NCBI GenBank assembly: GCA_033854115.1
Contig: JAWOKS010000027.1
Coordinates: forward strand, 17,290-81,289
DNA: 64,000 bases
Direction of reading: 5' to 3'
Source: Thermoplasmata archaeon
Lineage (GTDB): Archaea; Thermoplasmatota; Thermoplasmata; Lutacidiplasmatales; UBA184
Shown one piece after another: positions 1-8,769 of this stretch (position 1 is the stretch's first letter; every line of letters begins with the position of its first letter). A model generated the notes under the pieces. It did no database searches. It was not told where the DNA came from and was given only the letters and a program-made list of their open reading frames with translations. Made by a program: the position numbers and the translations under genes.

Positions 1-939
1 CGCGTGGTCGTCTTCACCCCGGGCCGCCTTCCTCTTGTCCTCTCGGAGGAGCTCAGCCGGGCGGGAGGCACGCTCGTGGAGGGCGCCCGGTTCGCGGAGC
101 TCGCCCGTCAGCTCGGTCTCGGCACCTGGCTCGGGGAGGAGCCCCGGGCCCCGCCGGTCGAGGAGCGGCGGCTTCTCCCGAGCGCGCTCCAGCTCGACGG
201 CGTGATCCACCGCGCCCGGGTCTGGCTCGAGTGGGGCGTCCCCGCCCTCGCGCTGAGGTTCTACCGCCAGGCGGTCGAGCTGAAGCCCGAGTTCCTCCCC
301 GCGAAGATCGGCCTCGGCCGCGCGCTCCTCGCCCTCGGGCTCACGGAGGAGGCCGACCGCGAGTTCGATGAGGTCCTTGCGAGCCGACCCGAGGACGTCG
401 ACGCGCGCCTCGGGAAGGCCGCCGTCCTTGGGGCCCGCGCCCGCCCGAAGGAGGAGATCGCCCTCTACCGCAAGCTGCTCGAGGAGGACGCTACGCGGGC
501 GGAGGTCCGGGCGCACCTCGTGGCCGCCCTCGTCGACCTCGGAGACTGGGCCGGCGCCCGGGTCGAGATCGAATCGATGCTCGGCCGGACCCCCGAGGAC
601 GCCCAGCTCCGCTTTCTCCACGGCGTGGCCCTCGAGAAGACCGGGAGGGCCGCCCTCGGCCGCACCGACCGGGAGGAGGCGCGCCGCCTCGGCCTCGGCT
701 ACGAGCGGGAGGTGGCGCTCTGCCGTCAGCTCGGCCTCGCCGCGCCCCCCAAGCCGACCGAGCGGCCGGGGAAGCGGCCCGCCGGGGTCGCTCCCGTCGG
801 GGCGCCGCCCTCACGCCCCGGGGCCGGACCGGTCCCCGCACCGCGCACCGCACCGCCCTCGGCCCTGCGACGCCCGCCGAAGGCGCCCGCCGTCTCGAGG
901 ACCGCGTCCCGGAAGCGCCCCACCCGCAAACGTAAGTAG
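1..939 (+). CDS. TPR-repeat protein, 5' partial, open at the window start, with a Pro/Arg-rich low-complexity C-terminal tail
   Basis: Frame-1 ORF open from position 1. Repeated ~34-aa helical units (ALALRFYRQAVELKP, LGRALLALGLTEEADREFDEVL) typical of TPR. The tail PAPRTAPPSALRRPPKAP is low complexity. Confidence 0.5.
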   Translation, partial: RVVVFTPGRLPLVLSEELSRAGGTLVEGARFAELARQLGLGTWLGEEPRAPPVEERRLLPSALQLDGVIHRARVWLEWGVPALALRFYRQAVELKPEFLPAKIGLGRALLALGLTEEADREFDEVLASRPEDVDARLGKAAVLGARARPKEEIALYRKLLEEDATRAEVRAHLVAALVDLGDWAGARVEIESMLGRTPEDAQLRFLHGVALEKTGRAALGRTDREEARRLGLGYEREVALCRQLGLAAPPKPTERPGKRPAGVAPVGAPPSRPGAGPVPAPRTAPPSALRRPPKAPAVSRTASRKRPTRKRK

Positions 940-973
940 CCCACTCCCGACTCGACCGAGGTCGGGGCCGAGG

Positions 974-1882
974 ATGAGGATCGTATCGGTGCTCCCGAGC
1001 GCGACCGAGATCGTCTGCGCGCTCGGCGCCCGGCGCGAGCTGGTCGGCCGGAGCCAGGAGTGCGACTACCCGGAGACCGTGCTCGACCTGCCCGTCGTGA
1101 TGCGCGCTCGGACCCTGGACGGGGACCGGCCGTCGGGCGAGATCGACCGCCGGGTGCGCGCGTCGCTCACCCGTGGTGAGAGCCTCTACGAGCTCGACCT
1201 CGAGCTCCTCGGTCGCCTGCGGCCAAACCTTCTCTTCACGCAGGACCTCTGCGGGGTCTGTTCGGTGACCGACGCGGAGGTGCGGGCCGCCTGCTCCTCG
1301 GCGGGGATTGCGCCGTCGATCGTCTCGCTCACCCCGCGGACGCTCGAGGAGGTCTGGGGCTCGATCGAACAGGTCGGAAGCGCCCTCGGACGGAGCGACA
1401 CCGCGCGCGAGCTCGCCGACGAGCTCCGGGGGAGGACCGTCCCGGAGCGCTCGGGGAGCGGCGCGCGGATCGCCGTCGTGGAGTGGCTCGATCCCCCGAT
1501 CCTGGCCGGCCTCTGGACCCCGGACATGATCCGGGCCGCGGGAGGCGTCGCCCTCGGCCCCGAGCCGGGTCGGCCCGGGCGGCGGACGACCTGGACCGAG
1601 CTCGCGCGGGAGGGGCCCGACCTCGTGGTCCTCAGCCCGTGCAGCTTCTCCCTCGCGAGGACGGAGCTCGAACTTCGACGCGCGAGGTCGACCGCGCGGG
1701 CGATCTCGGAGCTCGGGCCGACCACCGCGACCTTCCTCGCCGACGAGGCGTACTTCAGCCGGCCCGGCCCGCGCCTCGCCCACGGCGTGGAGCTGCTCCG
1801 TTCGCTCCAGCATGGAGCCCCCGGACCTTTCCCGATGCCCGTCCGCCGCTTCGTTCCACGGGCCGGCGAGGTGGCGGCGTGA
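974..1882 (+). CDS. ABC transporter periplasmic substrate-binding protein, BtuF/FhuD-like (cobalamin / Fe3+-siderophore type)
   Basis: N-terminus MRIVSVLPSATEIVCALGARRELVGRSQECDYP matches the class III PBP (BtuF/TroA-like) signature. ATG at 974 is preceded by GAGGT. Confidence 0.7.
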   Translation: MRIVSVLPSATEIVCALGARRELVGRSQECDYPETVLDLPVVMRARTLDGDRPSGEIDRRVRASLTRGESLYELDLELLGRLRPNLLFTQDLCGVCSVTDAEVRAACSSAGIAPSIVSLTPRTLEEVWGSIEQVGSALGRSDTARELADELRGRTVPERSGSGARIAVVEWLDPPILAGLWTPDMIRAAGGVALGPEPGRPGRRTTWTELAREGPDLVVLSPCSFSLARTELELRRARSTARAISELGPTTATFLADEAYFSRPGPRLAHGVELLRSLQHGAPGPFPMPVRRFVPRAGEVAA

Positions 1883-2589
1883 GCGGGGGCCTGACGTACT
1901 ACTACTCGACCGTCGCACCTCGCCCCCGGTTCGGAGGGTTCTCCACGTCGCGCCAGGAACTCCTCCAGATCGGCCTCGCGTACGTCGTGCTCACGGTCTG
2001 CTTGACGATCATCCTCTCCCAGCACACGATCCTCTTCGGCGGGGCCCAGGCGGAGAGCCTCTCGACGATCTCCCCCTTGCTCGTCGGGATCTCCGCGATC
2101 GCCGCGTTGAGCGGCTTCGTCGCGCACGAGCTCGCCCACAAGTTCGTCGCCCAACGGCGGGGCTTCTGGGCCGAGTTCCGCATGTGGCCGGTCGGCCTCG
2201 TCCTCGCGCTCGTGAGCTCGGTCGTCGGCATCCTCTGGGGCGCGCCCGGCGCCACGATGGTGGGGGGGATGAGCGACGACGACCGCGCCGACTGGGGGCG
2301 CACGAGCGTCGCCGGTCCGCTCACGAACGTCGCGTTCGCCGGGGTCTTCTACGGCGCGGCGATGCTCCTCTTCCGCGCCGGCTCCGACCTCTTCGGCTGG
2401 ATGCTCCTGCTCGCGTGGATCAACGGCTGGTTCGGTACGTTCAACCTTCTCCCGCTCGGCCCCCTCGACGGACGCAAGGTCCTGCGCTGGAGCGTCGGGG
2501 TCTGGATCGCAGCGATCGCGCTCACCGGCGCGATGGCCGTCCTGAGCTACATCGCCTATGCGTACCAGACCCCCTTCCTGAACTTCTGA
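1879..2589 (+). CDS. M50 family (site-2 protease type) membrane metalloprotease
   Basis: HExxH motif HELAHKFVAQRRG inside a TM helix, plus the downstream NLLPLGPLDGRKV motif characteristic of peptidase M50. Multiple TM segments. GTG start overlaps the upstream stop (GTGA). Confidence 0.7.
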   Translation: MSGGLTYYYSTVAPRPRFGGFSTSRQELLQIGLAYVVLTVCLTIILSQHTILFGGAQAESLSTISPLLVGISAIAALSGFVAHELAHKFVAQRRGFWAEFRMWPVGLVLALVSSVVGILWGAPGATMVGGMSDDDRADWGRTSVAGPLTNVAFAGVFYGAAMLLFRAGSDLFGWMLLLAWINGWFGTFNLLPLGPLDGRKVLRWSVGVWIAAIALTGAMAVLSYIAYAYQTPFLNF

Positions 2590-2601
2590 GGGAGCACCGT
2601 C

Positions 2602-3537
2602 ATGCCCGGACCCCGCGTGGTGGACCTGGGACAGGACCGTCGGCTGCTCGACCTCGACTTCCGGGACACCGAGGGGCTGGTCGCGGCCTATCTGCTCCCG
2701 GAGCCCGAGGGCTGGGCGCTCGTGGAGACCGGGCCGACGACCTGCCGCGCCGCGCTCCTCCGCGGGATCGCGGCGGCGGGCGTCGAGCGGACGGAGGTGA
2801 AGGACGTCCTCGTCACCCACATCCACCTGGACCATGCGGGCGGGGTGGGAGCCCTCGCGGACGAGCTACCGCGCGCCCGCTTCCACGTCCACGAGGTCGG
2901 CGCCCCCCATCTCGCCGACCCGTCCCGCCTCCTCGTGAGCGCCCGCCGGGTCTGGGGCGAGGCGATGGACCGCCTCTGGGGCCCCGTGCTGCCCGTTCCC
3001 GCGACGCGTCTACATCCGCTGCACGGAGGGGAGTCGCTCCCTCTGCGGGGGGGTGAGCTCCGGGTCCTCGCGACACCGGGCCACGCCAAGCATCATCTCG
3101 CATTCTTTGACTCGGGCATCCAGGCGGTCCTCACCGGCGACGGAGCCGGTGTTCGCCTGGAGCACTCCTCCCGACTGCGACCGGCCGTTCCGCCTCCCGA
3201 CCTCGACCTCGACCAACTGTTCGCGAGCCTCGAGGTGATGCGGCGGACGAACCCCCGCCTCGTCCTGCTCAGCCACTTCGGTCCCACGCCCGAGGGGGCC
3301 CGCGACCTCGTGCGCTACCGGACCGTGGTCGAACAATGGCGCGAGGTTGCCCTCGAGGCCGCTCGCGAGCGGCCCGAGGCGGACTGGATCGCGCGGAAGC
3401 TTCGCGAGCTCGAGGAGACGACCACGTCCCCCGACCCGCGCGACCAGGCCTCGATGGTCTCGGGTTACGAGGTCGCGGCCCAGGGCTTCCTCCGCTACTT
3501 CCAGACGCACGGCGAGCTCCCCGGGGCGAACGCGTGA
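2602..3537 (+). CDS. MBL-fold metallo-hydrolase
   Basis: THIHLDHAGG is the HxHxDH metal-binding motif. Later His/Asp ligands (TPGHAKHH, LSHFG) are present. Confidence 0.7.
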   Translation: MPGPRVVDLGQDRRLLDLDFRDTEGLVAAYLLPEPEGWALVETGPTTCRAALLRGIAAAGVERTEVKDVLVTHIHLDHAGGVGALADELPRARFHVHEVGAPHLADPSRLLVSARRVWGEAMDRLWGPVLPVPATRLHPLHGGESLPLRGGELRVLATPGHAKHHLAFFDSGIQAVLTGDGAGVRLEHSSRLRPAVPPPDLDLDQLFASLEVMRRTNPRLVLLSHFGPTPEGARDLVRYRTVVEQWREVALEAARERPEADWIARKLRELEETTTSPDPRDQASMVSGYEVAAQGFLRYFQTHGELPGANA

Positions 3538-4790
3538 CCGACGTCGACCCGCGGTCGCGGGCGGTGGCAGCGGGGACCCTCATGTTCGCCCGCACGGTCT
3601 ACGCGTTCAACTGGTACAACATCGGCGGGGTCCTGCCGCTCATCGGGACCCGGTTCGGGATCGGGACGGTCGAGTTCGGGATCCTCCTGGTCGCGTTCCT
3701 CGTGGGGGCCGCGATCTTCCAGATACCGGCAGGCTTCGCCGCGATGCGCTGGGGGAGCCGGGCGACCTCGGTCGCGGCGCTCGCCGTGATGGCCGCCTGC
3801 GCGTGCGCGTCGGCGGTCTCGCCGAACTGGATCGTGCTCGCCGCCTTCCGGTTCGGCACCGGGGCGGGGGCCGCGTTCTTCTTCGCCCCCGCGCTCGGGC
3901 TCGTGACCGCTTACTTCCCGAGCGGCCAGCGCGGGGTCGTCATCGGCGCCTACAACGCCGGGTTCAGCCTCGGATCCGGGGTCGGCGTCATCGTGAGCGC
4001 CGTGCTCGGCGAGCTCTACGGGTGGGCCGTCCCGCTCGCGCTCGGCGGCGCGCTCCTCGTGATCGCGACCGGCCTCGCGTGGGTCCTCCTGCCTCGCCCC
4101 TCGACCGAAGGCATGGGGCGGAACTTCGGGGAGGTGGCGCGCGCGGCCCGTCCGGTCCTCCGCTCGCGGACCCTCTGGGCGGTCGGGCTCGCGGGGATCG
4201 GTCTCTGGGGAGGGTTCTACATCGCGGCGCAGTACTTCGTCGCGTTCGCGCGCGACGTGCATCCGACCTGGAGCCTCGCTCTCGCTGCGGCCGCCCCGAC
4301 CTTGATGATCTTCCTCGAGATCCCCGGGGCGCCGATCGGAGGATGGTTCGGGGAGCGGGCACGGGACATGCGACGCACGCTCGCGCTCTGGGGCCTCGCG
4401 AGCGGAGCGCTGCTCGCGGCCGTACCGTTCCTGCCGTTCGACCTCATCGTACCGGCGTTCGTCCTGCTCGGGTTCGCCTGCGGGCTCACCTTCGCGCTCC
4501 TCTACCTGCTCCCGACGTACCTTCCCGAGGTCCGGGGGGATGCGATGGCGCTCGGTCTCGCCCTCGTGAACTCGGTCCAGATCTTCGGGGGCAGTGCGAT
4601 GGCGATCGCCTTCGCGGTCCTTGCGGCCGGCGTGGGCTACGAGGGAGCCTGGATCTTCGCGGGCGTGGCTACCGCCGCGTTCCTGCCCGCCCTCGCCCTC
4701 GCGTCGGCCCCGGGGCGTTCGCGCGGTGCGAGGGCCGGGGACGAGGGTGCTCCGACCCCCCCGGCCCTTCCGTCAGGTCGACTAGGGTGA
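3534..4790 (+). CDS. MFS transporter
   Basis: About 12 predicted TM helices and an MFS-like loop after TM2. GTG start at 3534 overlaps the stop of the upstream gene; an alternative ATG lies at about 3582. Confidence 0.7.
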   Translation: MTDVDPRSRAVAAGTLMFARTVYAFNWYNIGGVLPLIGTRFGIGTVEFGILLVAFLVGAAIFQIPAGFAAMRWGSRATSVAALAVMAACACASAVSPNWIVLAAFRFGTGAGAAFFFAPALGLVTAYFPSGQRGVVIGAYNAGFSLGSGVGVIVSAVLGELYGWAVPLALGGALLVIATGLAWVLLPRPSTEGMGRNFGEVARAARPVLRSRTLWAVGLAGIGLWGGFYIAAQYFVAFARDVHPTWSLALAAAAPTLMIFLEIPGAPIGGWFGERARDMRRTLALWGLASGALLAAVPFLPFDLIVPAFVLLGFACGLTFALLYLLPTYLPEVRGDAMALGLALVNSVQIFGGSAMAIAFAVLAAGVGYEGAWIFAGVATAAFLPALALASAPGRSRGARAGDEGAPTPPALPSGRLG

Positions 4791-6183
4791 GCAGGTTCGT
4801 CGGACGGCCCTCGACCGGGTAGCCGGCGGTCAACACCGCCACCCCTCCCTTCGGGAACCCGAGCTCGCGCGCGAGCTCCCGCGTCGCCACGCTGAGGTGC
4901 TGCAGCTGGCTGTGCGGGAGCGCCGGTCGGCCCAGGACCCCGCTCACGAGGCGAAGCTGGCGGCGCACGTGGGGGGAGCTCGACATCGCCACCACGGGGC
5001 AGTTCGGCCGGAGGGCGGCGACGAGACGGGCGGTCCGTCCCGAATGGGTAGGCGTCGCGATCACTCGGGCCTCGACCGCTTCCGCGAGGGTGACGGCGGC
5101 GCGCGCCACCGCGCGGTCCGGCTCGGTGCCGGCGAGGCGGGCGCGCGCTTCCCGGAGCGCGCGCGGGTCGAAGGCGGGCTCGGTCGCCTCGGCGATGCGG
5201 GCGAGCCACCTCACCGATTCGAAGGGGTACTCCCCGATCGCGGTCTCGTCGCTCAGCATCAGAACGTCCGCGCCGTCGAGCACCGCGTTGGCCACGTCCG
5301 TGGCCTCCGCCCGCGTGGGTCGCGAGGAGGTGAGCATGCTGAGCAGCATCTGCGTCGCCACGATCGCGAACTTCCCTGCGAGGTTGGCCTCGAGCACGAG
5401 GCGCTTCTGCTCGAGCGCGAGCTTCTCGAGCGGCAGGCTGAGGCCGAGGTCGCCCCGCGCCACCATGATGCCGTCGGACGCTGCGAGGATGCCGTCGATC
5501 GCCTCGAGCGCCTCGGGTCGCTCGATCTTGGCGATCACGCCGACCGGCCTCGAGGGGGCCACGTCCCCGAGCCAGCGTCGGACCTCGAGGACGTCCCGGG
5601 CCGAGCGTACGAACGAGAGCGCGAGGAAGTCCACGCCCTCGGTCACCGCCTCGAGGGCCGCCGTGCGGTCGCTCTTCGCGAACCAGGAGCCCCGGAACCG
5701 CGCGTGCGGGAGGTGAACGCCCGAGTGGGACGCGACGAGACCCCCGTGCACGACCGTGGTGTCCACACCGCCCGAGGCCACCCGATGGACCCGGAGCTCG
5801 ACACGTCCATCTCCGAGAAGGACCACATCCCCGGGGCGGCTGCCGACCCAGAACCTCGGAAGCTCGACCCCGACCCGGCGACCGTCGCCCGGGGCGGGCT
5901 CGGAGTCAAGGCGCCAGGGTCGGCCGGGGACGAGGCGGAGGGGGGACGTGGCGAGCTCCCCGAGGCGGAGCTTGGGTCCCGGCACGTCCGCGACGATCGC
6001 GAGCTCGGTGTGCTCCTCGCGCGTAACGGAACGGATCCGCTCGAGCACGGTCCGGTGCGTGGCGGTCGTTCCGTGGGAAAGGTTGAGGCGGAACGCGTCG
6101 ACCCCCGCTCGGACGAGCTCTCGAATCCCTTCCTTCGAGTCGCACGCGGGGCCCACCGTGGCGAGGATCCGGGTTCGACGCAC
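4669..6183 (-). CDS. pyk: pyruvate kinase
   Basis: N-terminus MRRTRILATVGPACDSKEGIRELVRAGVDAFRLNLSHG is the canonical PK signature. A C-terminal regulatory domain is present. About 35 aa of low-complexity 3' extension overlaps the convergent MFS gene. Confidence 0.85.
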   Translation of the reverse strand: MRRTRILATVGPACDSKEGIRELVRAGVDAFRLNLSHGTTATHRTVLERIRSVTREEHTELAIVADVPGPKLRLGELATSPLRLVPGRPWRLDSEPAPGDGRRVGVELPRFWVGSRPGDVVLLGDGRVELRVHRVASGGVDTTVVHGGLVASHSGVHLPHARFRGSWFAKSDRTAALEAVTEGVDFLALSFVRSARDVLEVRRWLGDVAPSRPVGVIAKIERPEALEAIDGILAASDGIMVARGDLGLSLPLEKLALEQKRLVLEANLAGKFAIVATQMLLSMLTSSRPTRAEATDVANAVLDGADVLMLSDETAIGEYPFESVRWLARIAEATEPAFDPRALREARARLAGTEPDRAVARAAVTLAEAVEARVIATPTHSGRTARLVAALRPNCPVVAMSSSPHVRRQLRLVSGVLGRPALPHSQLQHLSVATRELARELGFPKGGVAVLTAGYPVEGRPTNLLTLVDLTEGPGGSEHPRPRPSHRANAPGPTRGRGRAGTRR

Positions 6184-6258
6184 GGAGGTCGAGCGAGCCG
6201 GGACACTTAGCGGTGGGGGAGCCTGTGAGTTCTTGTACCGGGCCCCGTTGTTCAGCCC

Positions 6259-6331
6259 AGCCCCGTGGTGTAGTGGCCAAGCATGCTGGCCTTTGGAGCC
6301 GGCGACAGCGGTTCGAATCCGCTCGGGGCTA
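6259..6331 (+). tRNA. tRNA-Gln (anticodon UUG), archaeal type, no encoded CCA
   Basis: Manual cloverleaf: acceptor AGCCCCG/CGGGGCT (7 bp); D-arm GTGT..GCAT; anticodon stem CTGGC/GCCGG with loop CUUUGGA (anticodon UUG); T-arm AGCGG-TTCGAAT-CCGCT; discriminator A. Followed by AAT rather than CCA. Confidence 0.85.
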
Positions 6332-6343
6332 AATTAAAGTAAT

Positions 6344-6586
6344 GTGCATGTCGTGGGCCTCACGATGCCTGCCGATCGGATGACTTCCATCTCCGTTCAT
6401 GCCTCCACCCTGAGGATGCTGAAACCGTTCAAGAAGGGCGACATGACGTGGGACGACGTGCTGATCGACTTCATCGAGGAACATATCCCCAAAGAGTTCG
6501 TACGGGCGATGGTCGCGGCCGCAGAGAAAGGGCCCGGGATCCCTTTCGACGAGGTGTACGAGGAGCACGTTCGCCGGAGGCACTAG
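6344..6586 (+). CDS. putative type II antitoxin (small archaeal VapB/RHH-like antitoxin family)
   Basis: 80-aa protein. The pattern TSISVHASTLRMLKPFKKGDMTWDDVLIDFIEE matches the archaeal small antitoxin consensus (TISV..E...RLK..K..ESY.DVI..LL). It sits immediately upstream of a RelE/ParE-like toxin, with a 3-nt gap. Confidence 0.5.
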   Translation: MHVVGLTMPADRMTSISVHASTLRMLKPFKKGDMTWDDVLIDFIEEHIPKEFVRAMVAAAEKGPGIPFDEVYEEHVRRRH

Positions 6587-6589
6587 AGC

Positions 6590-6874
6590 GTGCCCACCGC
6601 CGAAATGACGCACGAGGCGCGACGCCAGTTTCTGTCTCTGCCGGCTGAGGTTGCGGATCGTTTCAAAGAGCTCGCCGATCACCTCAAGACAAGTCCCCTC
6701 CGGCTTGCGCCCTGGTTTGACGTCAAGGCGACTGGTCGGGAACGAGGAAGTGAGGTCTTTCGGGCCAGAGTGGGGGAGTATCGTGCGACGTACGTCTTCG
6801 ACGGCGAGATCGTTCGCTTCACCCGGTTCCGTTTGCGCAAGGACATCGGGTACGCAGCCTTGCCGAAGTCGTAG
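6590..6874 (+). CDS. RelE/ParE family type II toxin
   Basis: 94 aa. C-terminal RVGEYRATYVFDGEIVRFTRFRLRKDIGY matches the RelE/ParE core (RVGDYR.IY..d...i.il.IgHRkd.Y). GTG start 3 nt after the antitoxin stop. Confidence 0.6.
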   Translation: MPTAEMTHEARRQFLSLPAEVADRFKELADHLKTSPLRLAPWFDVKATGRERGSEVFRARVGEYRATYVFDGEIVRFTRFRLRKDIGYAALPKS

Positions 6875-6983
6875 GATACGACAGCTCTCCTGGCTCCGCC
6901 CGGGTGAGTTCTCCAAGTGATCCGAACCGTGGCACGGACCGGGGGGAGCAACGGGCGGGTTCTACTCGGGGTCGAACAGACCG

Positions 6984-7946
6984 TCAAGGGGCGACCGGAG
7001 TACCAGGCGATGCACCGCTTTCCGCGAACCGTTGAAGTGTTTCGCGGGCCCTACATCTGAGCTCGGGTCGCGGCAGGGCGGCAAGAGCTCGAAGGGGCAG
7101 CACGCGGGCCCAGTCGCGGACCATCTCCGAGCCCAGGCAATAGCCGGTCTCGATGTGGCCGCCGATGTTGTACCAGGAGCCGAAGTACGGACGGAGCGAC
7201 TTTCTCGCGGTCACGTCCTTCAGGAACTTCCTCGCAAGCCAAGCGCGCTTCCGCTCACACCAAGAGAGCCAGTCACGCCTCCCCGTACGCAACGCGAACA
7301 ACCGGGGCTCTAGCTTCCTTTCACAGTAGGTGGCAAACCCCTCCTCGTAGAGCTTCCACCAGGGGTCGGAGCGGTCCTCCCACCGTTCCCCGCGCCACTC
7401 CTGATGCGTGAGGTGGGCTACCTCGTGAGCGACTATCCGGCGAGACCACCCATCCCCACCCCGGTGGTTTTCGGCGGCATTCTCCAGCCCGAAGAGGCAC
7501 GCCGGGCGTCCTTCGTAAGAGGTGGCCCAGCCTGCGCCGCAACTGATCCCCACGTAGATCACGAAACTGACCGGGAACTGGAGGTCCAGGACCCTCCGGG
7601 CACGCGCCCAACTGCGCGGGAGGGACTTGAGAAGGTCACGATGGAGCTGCCTCATCCGACCAAGACGGCTCGGCAAGCGATGGAATACATGGTGTCGTGC
7701 GACCCTTTTCCAGTCCACGCCGTCGCGGATGTAGCTCTCCTTCTGCTTCGCGAGAAGCTCAGGGCAAGGTCGCATGTACTCCACTTCCCAGCGCGCGACT
7801 TGGCGGGCAGGGGGGTCGATGCGCGCGCTCTGCCAGAAACTCTCGAAAGCGGGGAAGGCATCCACGATGTTCGGACCCGCCGTCGCACGAGTGGGTGTCA
7901 CGGGCTCTGACCCCGGTTCGGGTTCCCGCATGACCTGCCCGCCCAA
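6984..7946 (-). CDS. putative Zn-dependent metallopeptidase (HExxH; DUF2268-like)
   Basis: IVAHEVAHLTHQEW zinc-binding motif. Composition is Trp/Arg-rich and the local GC is lower than the flanking genome. Confidence 0.45.
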   Translation of the reverse strand: MGGQVMREPEPGSEPVTPTRATAGPNIVDAFPAFESFWQSARIDPPARQVARWEVEYMRPCPELLAKQKESYIRDGVDWKRVARHHVFHRLPSRLGRMRQLHRDLLKSLPRSWARARRVLDLQFPVSFVIYVGISCGAGWATSYEGRPACLFGLENAAENHRGGDGWSRRIVAHEVAHLTHQEWRGERWEDRSDPWWKLYEEGFATYCERKLEPRLFALRTGRRDWLSWCERKRAWLARKFLKDVTARKSLRPYFGSWYNIGGHIETGYCLGSEMVRDWARVLPLRALAALPRPELRCRARETLQRFAESGASPGTPVAP

Positions 7947-8769
7947 GAGTCCGCTCCCGGCCGGAGCCAGGGGGTTGACTGTGAGTATACCGTGGTTTCA
8001 CGCCTCAGGCCCTGCGGGGCTAGCGACGACTGCTTCCTCACGCTCGGGACGGGGTAGCCGCCCACGCCGGAGCTCTTCATCGCGAGCGATTTGGCCTGCG
8101 CGCTGGGGACCGTCGGGGGCCCGCTCTTCCCCCACGCCTTCGCCGCGGGTCTCGTGGCGGCCGCGTTCCTGGCACTCGTGGTGATCTCGCTCAGCAGTGC
8201 GTAGGGGTTCCCGGAGGCGATGGGCATCCCGCGAGACCGAGCGTTCTGGTGCTACTCCCTCGAGAGCGCCCCGCCCGTCGTCGTGTCGCTGCTGCTTTCC
8301 CATCCCCTTGCGCTCGTGCTGGACCTGTTGGCAGCCCTCGTCTTCGTCCTCATCGGGCCGGCTGTCGTCGTGGGGCTGCTGGCCGTGGATCCGCGGGTGA
8401 TGCACGAGCATGCATCCACCGTGCCTTGGAGGCTCGCCCATCGGACCGGTCTCGCTTCGGTGATCGCCTACGGGGTTGTCGCCCTCGCCTAGGTCGCCGG
8501 AGGCGAACCACGCAACCCTCGCGGGGTCGGTTCGACGGGCCGCGCGCGGCGGGCCCTGCTTCCGGCTGCAATCTCGGGGGCCAAGCCCTCGCGACGTCAG
8601 GGGTGTTCGGCCAAGTGAAAGGCCGCCCGTCCCTTCTTTCCCGCGCACGAGCTTATCTATCTGGAACCGACTCGCGGCTCGTGGGACGCGTCGACGCTGC
8701 CGCGAAGGCGAGGGCCCGGTCGCGCCGGGGCCGCGCCGATCGGAGGTCCCCTCCCGAGCGGGGTCCGCT

